The translations under genes were made by a program, and so were the position numbers. A DNA stretch of 62,933 nucleotides, filler included, from Octopus bimaculoides (taxonomy: Eukaryota): the NCBI RefSeq assembly GCF_001194135.2. It is 4 parts of 4 records of this genome, joined end to end, with 100 filler letters (N's around TTAATTAATTAA, not from the genome) between each part and the next. Parts side by side here need not be neighbours in the genome. Positions count along the whole stretch, not along the records: positions 42,953 to 62,933 come from NC_068992.1; 3 more parts are not named here. The stretch is one strand, 5' to 3'. Position 1 is the stretch's first letter; each line of letters starts with the position of its first letter. Below are positions 51,966 to 62,933 of this stretch, piece by piece. The notes under the pieces were generated by a model that saw nothing but the letters and a program-made list of their open reading frames with translations, made no database searches and was not told where the DNA came from.

Positions 51966-53732
51966 ACTTTTAAGGCGGGAGCTAGCAGAATCGTTAGCTC
52001 GCCTGCTAAAACGCTTAGCGGCATTTCGTCCGCTTTTACGTTCTGGGTTCAAATGCCACCTTTCATTCTCTCAGTGTCGATAATATATTTATAGATGCAT
52101 TCATATTCGCCATATGTCATATATACATGACTGATTTTCTTATTTCTCGATGATTCTAAAGTATGTTCTAAATGCTACTACACATGCACACACACATACA
52201 TAAACAAACATGCATGCACGTTCGCACTCACGCACATACATATATTTATATGTAGTATAGCCTCAAAGTGGTGTAATTCTTTTCCTTTCTACGCTAGGCA
52301 CAAAGCCCGAAATTTTGGGGGAGGGGGGGGCAGTCGATTAGATCGACCCCAGTACGCAACTGATACTTAATTTATCAACTCTGAAAGGATGAAAGGCGAA
52401 GTCGACTTCGGCCGGAATTTGAACTCAGAAAAGTAAAGAGAGACGAAATACCGCTAAACATTTTGCCCGGCGTACTAACGTTTCCTATTTCTTTATTGCC
52501 CACAAGGGGCAAAACATGGAGGGGACAAACAAAGACAGTCAAACGGATTAAGTCGACCCCAGTGCGTAACTAACTGGTACTTAATTTATCGACCCGGAAA
52601 GGATGAAAGGCGAAGTCAACCTCGGCGGAATTTGAACTTAGAACGTAAAGACAGCCGAAATACCGCTGAACATTTCCCCCCNNNNNNNNNNNNNNNNNNN
52701 NNNNNNNNNNNNNNNNNNNNNNNNNNNNNNNNNNNNNNNNNNNNNNNNNNNNNNNNNNNNNNNNNNNNNNNNNNNNNNNNNNNNNNNNNNNNNNNNNNNN
52801 NNNNNNNNNNNNNNNNNNNNNNNNNNNNNNNNNNNNNNNNNNNNNNNNNNNNNNNNNNNNNNNNNNNNNNNNNNNNNNNNNNNNNNNNNNNNNNNNNNNN
52901 NNNNNNNNNNNNNNNNNNNNNNNNNNNNNNNNNNNNNNNNNNNNNNNNNNNNNNNNNNNNNNCTTCTCAATGTGGAATAGTTACGAAGAAGAATAGGCAA
53001 ATTTCTTCTATACACTTGATGTGCAGTAAAACCAAGCAAGTCGCTTAATGGACCTTTACAATGAAATACGACGGCCACGCCTTCTCTGAAGAGTGACCAC
53101 AACCCATGAAACGGTCCTTCAAGAAATTTCCTCATTTATCTGCTCTCAGTAATAGTATACGACGCATGTGCTTACACTATTAGTTTACCCACAGTGAGGC
53201 TTTATAATGTTTAAATTTCTCGAAGTTCTGTATGAGTGTGTATGTGCATTCGTGCGTGCGTGCGTGCGCGCGCGCTTGTGTGCTGTATATATTGCTCGGG
53301 TAATCAAAGCTTAGAGATACAAAATTAAGCACTCAATGCCTTAATGTGTAGAGTGTGTTGTGATTTTTATTACGTTACTTGTTGACAAACTCAATTCTGT
53401 TTCAGTTGTCTGCGAATTTCCATACAAAACTAAACTTGTAAACAAGTAATCTAATATATGTACGTACCTATGTATGTATGTATGTATGTATGTATGTATG
53501 TATGTATGTATGTATGTATGTATGTGGGCATGTATATATGTATGTGTGTGTGTGCGTTCGTGTGTGTTTACGTATACATACATGCATACATATAAAATAT
53601 AATATGTATATACTCTTTTACTCGTTTTAGCCATGCGGCTGTGGTCATGCTGGTGCACCACCATATATATATATATATATATTTATGCAGCGATAAAGAT
53701 AGGGTGGGGGAGAAGAGTATAAGTGACCAAGG

Positions 53733-53771
<39 letters not shown>

Positions 53772-54823
53772 GGATAGATAGATAGATAGATAGATAAATG
53801 TTTGGTCGGTGGCGTGTTTTGTAACACTATATGTTAGAGAACTATGTCAAGGGTTTTGTACTGCGGAAGCTAAGTATGTCAGGTAAAAAAATATTCATAA
53901 CCAAGTGAGTCCTCGGTGATGCTGATAACATCTCAATGAGAAACGTTGAGAACAGATATAAGAGGTATTAAGCACAAGCCAGAAAAAAGAAAAAACAACA
54001 ACTAATATTTCGTCTTAGATTTCCGTTCCAAAGCACGTGAGGTGAGAATGCTAGAGTATTTTAGTTACCATTTTTATTTTTCGTGTTTTCAGAGACTATT
54101 TGAATGCCAGTGATGCTATAGAATCACACATTGCTTCTTCTCTTTCTGTATTCCTTGGTCATGATGTAACTAACTGCACAGTCATTTTGGGAACTCCTTT
54201 TCTACGCTTTGCTGTACATTATCACTTATATTAATTTCAATTCTAATTTACCATCGTTGTTATTTGTTTCTTGCTATTTATTTAAGCCCAAGTCGTCGAC
54301 AGTTAAAATATGACGATGTTTGCCAAACTGATCTCATTCATTGCCGTTAGTTTATTTACCTATTCATTTGTATCTTCCTTTTTTTCTTTTTTCTTTATCT
54401 ATCTTTCTTTCTTGGAGTGGTGATGCTGAACATTACAAAGAATGCAAGCGAGTTACATTATCGACAAGGTATCCAATTTCAGTAAAGTAAAATATCTGAA
54501 TGGTGTGCTGAGATTTCAAGCTAATATATATGGCGTTCGGTTAGGATGTAAGACTAGCAGGCTCTGTAAAGAGACCGACCTATATGATTTACCTTATTGA
54601 ATTATAACCGTTTATGTCACGGTCTCAAATCCAATCCTATATCCAGCGATGACGTGTCTTTTCTGTACTTCCGGGGTCGACAAAAACAGCAATCAAATAC
54701 TGAGACCGGTTTCACTTATTTGTACATTATAAGTATATAGTCCAAAGTGTCCAGCCTCATGCATATGTTGTCCTCCAAAGCTTATATATATACATATACA
54801 TACAAATATTCTATAATGATAGA

Positions 54824-55137
54824 CATAATTATAATCAAGGGTCAGCTAATTGCTTCGCCAGGCACCGAATTTAGAAATATGAGTTAAAATACCTTTTCCG
54901 CTACCATAAATATCTCACTGACAGTAACACACTTTTTTTTACATAGGCAAAGAGAAAAAATAACGAATCCAGACGATTCAGATTAGCTACATACGCGTTT
55001 TGAGATTAAAGTAAAGTTATATTCAAAAGTATGATACTGTCTGGGAGATATTTATGGTAGCGCAAAAGGTATTTTAACTCCTATTTCTAAGTTCGGTGCC
55101 TGGCGAAGCAATTAGCTGACCTCTGATTATAATTATG
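54824..55137. mobile_element. MITE with about 110-bp terminal inverted repeats
   Basis: CATAATTATAATCAAGGGTCAGCTAATTGCTTCGCCAGGCACCGAA... pairs with ...TTCGGTGCCTGGCGAAGCAATTAGCTGACCTCTGATTATAATTATG. Confidence 0.85.
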
Positions 55138-55353
55138 TTTATAATTATAGAATATTTGTATAATTTTACCTAAAAAGGTTATTTTAACGTACCGAACTAC
55201 TTGGTAAAATTATTAACTATTAATTAATCGATTGATTAATTAATTAATTTTACCCTTTTATTATTATTGAAATATACATATACATATATACATAAAATGC
55301 TTGGCATGGAGTACCGATAGTTTACGACATGTTTCTTTGAAGTCTAGCTCTAT

Positions 55354-55540
55354 GCAATTCATAAGCAGGAGATCCCCACTAAACACCTACACCTTAAAAA
55401 GCAAAAGGTATCATTGGACAACAAATATAGGCTGTGCAAATCTAAAACTAGAGACACCACCCACATTATTACTAGATGTTAGAAACTGTCCACTAGATAT
55501 TATCTACCAATGAGGCATGAGGCGGTGGCTCGAACAATCC
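55354..55540 (+). mobile_element. Remnant of an RLE-type non-LTR retrotransposon (R4/Dong/NeSL-like), zinc-knuckle region
   Basis: AIHKQEIPTKHL...DNKYRLCKSKTRDTTHIITRC*KLSTRYYLPMRHEAVARTI resembles AIQEQxIxT...CRLC...ExxxHIxxxC..L...Y..RHxxVAxxI. Confidence 0.7.
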
Positions 55541-56648
55541 CGAACATTCCCGAACACACTAAGAAAAGAAGAAAATACCAACAACCGAAGATTATTATAT
55601 TGAGGCTGAGAGATAATAAGAATATTTTACCTTTATTATAACTATGGAAAAGGAAAGAGTTTCGCATTTCCTCATAATTCAGAGCTAGCGGGTGAGCTGT
55701 TAGATTTGTTAGCGCCGGACAAAAGGTTTAGCACCATTTCTTCTGGTTCTTTACGCTCTCAGTTCAAATATTGCCGAGATCGACTTTCCCTTCCCCTCTT
55801 CTCACAAACAGCCGACGTTGTGCCAAAATTAGGAAGAAATTTTTAAAGGCAGTGAGCTGGCAGAATCGTGAGCGCGTCGGACAAAATGATTAGCCCAATT
55901 TCTTCCGACTATTTTGTTCTGTGTTCATTTCCCTCTGCGGTCGACTTTGGCCTTTGTTCCGTAGGGGTAAATAAAATCAGTAAAATAAGTATCAGCTCAG
56001 CACCGGGGGTCGATGTAATCGATTTACCCCAACTCTCAAAACCATGCTGGCCTTGTGCCAAAATTCGAAAACAAAATTATTTAGAGCTAGCAACAATTCT
56101 TTCGACTCTTCAAACCCTACCGAGGTCAACTTTGCTTTTCATCCTTTCGAGGTCGATGAAATAAAGTACCAGTCGAGCACAGAGATCGATGCAATCGGCC
56201 CACCTAAAGCTGCTGGCCTTGTGTTAAAATTGGAAAGAAAATAATTTAGAGCTAGCTAGCTGCCATTGGGTACACTATGTATAATAGATTTCTTGTCTTA
56301 ACAAACCAGTAGTTGGAAACAAATGCTCTGCAGATGGTAATTTGTCTGTATTGACGTGACATATGCAATTTTCTGAGAAGCGTGGTTTCTGTGTTGAGTG
56401 AAATTGTTCCAGTGCAAATAGTAACAAGGTAAATAGACGTGTACCTGATGGCAGTGAAAAGCTAGGTGATATCAAAGACGAAGAATAACGGTGCTGTAAT
56501 GATGAGGTGTGATGAAGTAAGTTCCAGTGCAGATAACGTTAAATATATCATCAACATGGCTTCTGATATCTCTTATTCATTTAACGGACGTAATGCGTAA
56601 TAATAGGCTTGCTGTAGACGTATACGTATTGATAATCACGATAGCTTG

Positions 56649-56713
<65 letters not shown>

Positions 56714-56896
56714 CACCACCACCGCCACTGCTACTACTACTACTACTACTACTACTACCAATAATAATAATAATAATAATAATAATGATAATAATAATAG
56801 TATTAATAGTAATAATAATAATCATGTTACTCGTTAAATCTATGGAATATCGACAGGATATATCCTGTCGATAGCAGGATTCAGGTAGTGAAGAGA

Positions 56897-56937
<41 letters not shown>

Positions 56938-57587
56938 ATGTCACACAAGATGGTATTCTGTAGCATATCGTATTAGAGGCTGTGTAATGTCAATACTATA
57001 CGTAAGCGGAAAGTGAGCAAAATCACTCCCCTCCCCAAAAGAAAAATGAAAAATGGAGACAGCAGAGCAAATCAACGAAGTCATTAAATAGGGAAAAGTT
57101 GTGACTGTTGATCCAAAAGATAGTGACGATAGCTGCTGCTGTTACTGCTGCTGTTGCTGATGATGATGATGATAATAGTTTCTACTGTAGGCACCGGGCC
57201 TGAAATTTTATGAGGAGGGGATAAGTCGATCACATCGACCCCAGGACTTTACTGGTACTTAATTTATCGACCTCGAAAGATGAAAGGCAAAGTAGGCCTC
57301 GGTAGAATTTTGAACTCGGGCTTGAAATTTTATGAGGAGGGGATAAGTCGATCACATCTACCTCAGTACGCAACTGGTACTTTATTTATCGACGCCGAAA
57401 GGATGAAAGGCAAAGTCAACCTCGACGGAATTTGAAGTCAGAACGTAAAGACAGACGAAATACCGCTAAGCATTTCGCCCGGCAGGCTAGCGTTTCTGCC
57501 AACAATTATTCATCAAAAATTGCAGTCTAAATAATACGTTACCATTATAGTTGGCATGCTCATATAAACATGCATATGACGATATTC

Positions 57588-57661
<74 letters not shown>

Positions 57662-57859
57662 ATCCTATAAACGAGATTAAAAAGGCAAAAAGAGACTCAC
57701 TTACTGTAATGTGTTTTTTCAATGACAATGACAATGATAATATTGGCCAAGATTGACGTGGTCTTTTCCGTAGGCTTTTCTTTCCACGGATAAACCTAAA
57801 CTGTTCCCCCTTTTACACCAGAACATTGCTATGATACATGATCCCTATTTATCGCCTGT

Positions 57860-57910
<51 letters not shown>

Positions 57911-58043
57911 TTACGATCCCTTTTGATCGAAAATCTACCCCCCTATTTCTTTTTTTCTCTCTCCTTCCGCTTCCCAAAAAGAAAAGCTCTACTTTGTACC
58001 TTGTCCCCTCTGTGTTGAGCCCTATGTGGCTAATAAAGAAACA

Positions 58044-58092
<49 letters not shown>

Positions 58093-58113
58093 CTCTCTCT
58101 CTCTACCTACCTG

Positions 58114-58184
<71 letters not shown>

Positions 58185-58672
58185 CTCTACCTACCTATCT
58201 ATCTATCTTTCTATATATCCTTCTGCCTGCCTGGCTGTAGTTATTAGTATTTAATTACGAAGAGAACATACTAAACCACAACATGTAAAGAGTAGCTTAA
58301 GAAAAGTAAATGGTTTAGTTTAGCTACACGAAGTTTGAACGCGACAAATGTACAATTGTTTCTCTTCCGTTAGAGATTATCAACAATCGGAAAAGCCCTA
58401 TTAATTATCCTTATACACAGTCGTCAGCGTGCAAAAAAAAAAAAAAGCAAGAAAAGTAAAAAAAAAACCTTGAACGTTGGCGAGCTAACTGAAATGAAAA
58501 TCAAAGATACGTACGACCTTATNNNNNNNNNNNNNNNNNNNNNNNNNNNNNNNNNNNNNNNNNNNNNTATATATTTGCATGAGTATATACGTGTGTGTGT
58601 GAATGTATCTGTGCACATACATGTACATAAACATACACTTATATTTTCTTACGACCTACAAACCAAGGCGCG

Positions 58673-58718
<46 letters not shown>

Positions 58719-58839
58719 ATGATATATGCATATTTATTTAAGTATTCTTGTTTATGCTTCCACACCTATATACCTATATATTGTAAATCTACCTATGTAA
58801 GAAACAATCAATCAATTCATCAGTCAGTCAGTCAGTCAG

Positions 58840-58872
<33 letters not shown>

Positions 58873-59186
58873 GTATGTATGTATATATGTATGTTTCTAT
58901 TTATGCATGTCAATATATATGTATGCCTGCATACATGCATGTATGAATGTATGTATGTATGTATGTATGTATGTATGTATGTATGTATGTATGTATGCAT
59001 ATATGTATGTATGTATGTATTATGTATCTAGCTATCTATCGATCAATCTAAGCATATATGAATACATTAATGATGTATAAAATATACATATACGTAGGCT
59101 CAGTATATACAATAAGCATACATATGTATATGTGTGTGTGTATAGTGAGTGAGAGGGAGAAAAAGAGAGAGAGAGAAGGTGACAGT

Positions 59187-59220
<34 letters not shown>

Positions 59221-61425
59221 TATGTGTAATATATACATACATATAAAACAAAAAACAGAACAGAAACGCAGAGACAGAAAAAGGAGGGAAAAGGGACTGA
59301 GACAAAGTGAAAGGAGAGAGAGGGAGAGAGAGAGAGAGGAGAAAGGAGAGAAAGAGAGAAAGTGATGGAATAAAGAAAACAAAACCGTATTAGAGTGTAT
59401 GAGAGAATCTGTCGAAACCACTTACGTATTGATTATCTAAGGAAATCATAATGCATAACTTTTTTCGTTTATGCTTGTTGATACATAGGATCCAAAGCAC
59501 ATACAAACATAAATAGACGTATGCATACATATATATATATATACTCATATATATATGTATATAAGAATAATGTAATATATATATGAATATATANNNNNNN
59601 NNNNNNNNNNNNNNNNNNNNNNNNNNNNNNNNNNNNNNNNNNNNNNNNNNNNNNNNNNNNNNNNNNNNNNNNNNNNNNNNNNNNNNNNNNNNNNNNNNNN
59701 NNNNNNNNNNNNNNNNNNNNNNNNNNNNNNNNNNNNNNNNNNNNNNNNNNNNNNNNNNNNNNNNNNNNNNNNNNNNNNNNNNNNNNNNNNNNNNNNNNNN
59801 NNNNNNNNNNNNNNNNNNNNNNNNNNNNNNNNNNNNNNNNNNNNNNNNNNNNNNNNNNNNNNNNNNNNNNNNNNNNNNNNNNNNNNNNNNNNNNNNNNNN
59901 NNNNNNNNNNNNNNNNNNNNNNNNNNNNNNNNNNNNNNNNNNNNNNNNNNNNNNNNNNNNNNNNNNNNNNNNNNNNNNNNNNNNNNNNNNNNNNNNNNNN
60001 NNNNNNNNNNNNNNNNNNNNNNNNNNNNNNNNNNNNNNNNNNNNNNNNNNNNNNNNNNNNNNNNNNNNNNNNNNNNNNNNNNNNNNNNNNNNNNNNNNNN
60101 NNNNNNNNNNNNNNNNNNNNNNNNNNNNNNNNNNNNNNNNNNNNNNNNNNNNNNNNNNNNNNNNNNNNNNNNNNNNNNNNNNNNNNNNNNNNNNNNNNNN
60201 NNNNNNNNNNNNNNNNNNNNNNNNNNNNNNNNNNNNNNNNNNNNNNNNNNNNNNNNNNNNNNNNNNNNNNNNNNNNNNNNNNNNNNNNNNNNNNNNNNNN
60301 NNNNNNNNNNNNNNNNNNNNNNNNNNNNNNNNNNNNNNNNNNNNNNNNNNNNNNNNNNNNNNNNNNNNNNNNNNNNNNNNNNNNNNNNNNNNNNNNNNNN
60401 NNNNNNNNNNNNNNNNNNNNNNNNNNNNNNNNNNNNNNNNNNNNNNNNNNNNTATATATTTATATGTATATATTTATATGTATATATATATATGTATATA
60501 TACAAATATATGTGTGTGTATATATATGTATTTGTATATATACATACATATGATTTGTTGTGTTTATTCATAGGTTTGCAGTAAAGCTTTTGCTATTGTT
60601 TTCGCACTCTTTGTTTTGTTTTTGTTTTCTTTGGTTTACTTTATATTGTTGTGATTGTTGTTTTTTGTTTGTGTCCCAGCAACACTCGGTTGTTAGATTT
60701 CAAAGACGTGCACCAGATGACATCTATAGTGTTGTACTGCCGACTGGATGGACAGTGTCTGATGACAGAGGGACGGAAGGATGGCTGGGTAGTAGGTTGG
60801 CTGGCTGGCTGGCTGGCTGGCTGGTTTGCTGGTTGATTTGTTTGCAAATGGTGTGGGTGGTCGGTTTGATGGTTGGATAAATGGAGAGATAGATAGAAAT
60901 ACGAAGGTAAAGAATGATAGCTGAACGGATACACGGATCATATAATGAGTGAGCGTATATGTGGCTGTAATATGTATATGTGTATATATATATATATNNN
61001 NNNNNNNNNNNNNNNNNNNNNNNNNNNNNNNNNNNNNNNNNNNNNNNNNNNNNNNNNNNNNNNNNNNNNNNNNNNNNNNNNNNNNNNNNNNNNNNNNNNN
61101 NNNNNNNNNNNNNNNNNNNNNNNNNNNNNNNNNNNNNNNNNNNNNNNNNNNNNNNNNNNNNNNNNNNNNNNNNNNNNNNNNNNNNNNNNNNNNNNNNNNN
61201 NNNNNNNNNNNNNNNNNNNNNNNNNNNNNNNNNNNNNNNNNNNNNNNNNNNNNNNNNNNNNNNNNNNNNNNNNNNNNNNNNNNNNNNNNNNNNNNNNNNN
61301 NNNNNNNNNNNNNNNNNNNNNNNNNNNNNNNNNNNNNNNNNNNNNNNNNNNNNNNNNNNNNNNNNNNNNNNNNNNNNNNNNNNNNNNNNNNNNNNNNNNN
61401 NNNNNNNNNNNNNNNNNNNNNNNNN

Positions 61426-61468
<43 letters not shown>

Positions 61469-62061
61469 ATATATATATATACGTTTGTCAATTTGCTTTG
61501 CAAGATTTCTGATGTGAAATCGTGTGCATTTCACGTCGGGAATCTTGCAAATCAAATTCATAAACATATATATTATTGCATTTCGGGATAGTCATTTTAT
61601 TTATATTATTATCATATTTTTTTGCTAAATAAACACACGCACAATATATTTTTCTTCACTCGTTTATTACTGTTTTTTTCTTTTTTTACTTTAATGCCTT
61701 TCCATTATCCGGAAATCTTTCGTCACGCATCTGTGACCTCTTCACTGACACTTTTCGTCTCCGTGTGTGTTCTTGCTCCACTTATTCAATTCTATGCTTC
61801 TAAGATGTTTATTTTTACGTGCGCATGCGTTAGTGTCCTTTGTTTGTGTGAGTGTGTATGTGAGTATATGTGTATGCTTGTGTGTGTGTCATAGTTTTTA
61901 GCAGCAGTGTGGCCTTCCCTTCAGCCGCACCCTCTCGTCCTATTGTACTGCAACTGTTTTAAGACCCGAGAAAAAAAGAAAAGTACAGTTCCTGTAATTC
62001 TCTGTGTAAATCTGTTCGCTCACGGTGTTACGCACACATACACACACACACCCACATACAC

Positions 62062-62092
<31 letters not shown>

Positions 62093-62933
62093 AGGCAGTA
62101 AACAAAGGAAAATGGCACTCAGCACATCTAGCAGATATTTATAATAAGAATCTGTTTCGGCACTGCATAACTTGAAGTTTCGTGGGAATAAGACACGTCC
62201 ACATCATCAGATGTTCGGTGTCCGTGTGAAAAGATTCTAAAGGAAATTAAAGTTATTTCTGTATGACAATATATATTCAGCTCTGGGCGCGTGTATTAGT
62301 GTGTGTAATCTTGGTCTTTTAATTATTTCATTCTTACCTGGAAAGAAAGAATTTTCATACAGATAAAAGTAAGCTAAAAACAGGTGAATATTAGAAGAAA
62401 AGATGAATTTTAGAAAAGTTCTGTACATTTATTGTTCCGCTTACAGATTGTAATTCGAACATCACATCTGATCACATTTTATTTGAAAACCTGTATGTAA
62501 TTGTGTACACAGACAATTCACTTTCTAGTTACGTGATTCCGGGTTCAATACCATAGCGTGACACGTTCAGTGTCTTCTGTTATTGCTTCAGGCAATCAGT
62601 GGATTTGGTAGACGGAGACTTTGGAAGGCTTTGTGTGTATATGTGTGTATTTGTGTTTATTTTTGTGCCAATGTTTTTCTCCCACTACTGCTGGACAACC
62701 GGTATTCGTTCTTTTATGTTCCTGTAACTTAGTGGTTCGGCAAAAGATGTCGAAAAAATCAGTACAGGACTTTATAGTAGAGAGATCGATTTGAAAATCT
62801 TACGCAATATTTACAAGCTATTATTTGTAGAACTATCCACTTAGAGTTCAACCCTTAAAAGCGAAATATTTCACTCTCTTTCGAAGTTTCTGAATTGATA
62901 CTACATAATGTGTACACACACACACACACACAC

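Overview
AT-rich, gap-riddled eukaryotic DNA from a short-read assembly, saturated with microsatellites, tRNA-derived SINEs, RTE LINE remnants and MITEs. The repeat families look like those of an octopus (cephalopod) genome; this is inferred from memory, not searched. Two host genes are recognisable, both on the minus strand. (1) Exon 1 of an NK2-class homeobox gene, Nkx2.2/vnd-like (9009-10173 sequenced): a hugely homopolymer-expanded N-terminus ending in PLYYDVAENPYTQWLQNNEAIHYVT and a GT donor. The homeobox exon is not in the sequenced part of the window. (2) At least three small in-phase exons (32761-32792, 32631-32684, 30761-30862) of a Sosondowah (Sowah/SOWAH) ankyrin-family gene. Sowah is known as the bystander gene of the ancient Irx-Sowah regulatory block, but here it sits about 20 kb upstream of Nkx2.2. 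No Irx is visible, and I cannot find its canonical ankyrin exon (GYTALHW). A CpG-depleted domain (about 26-43 kb), readable from decayed SINE copies, marks the probable methylated Sowah gene body. Nearly all ORFs in the supplied track are microsatellite or N-gap artefacts. No rRNA, genuine tRNA or CRISPR array is supported. All alignments and translations were done by eye.
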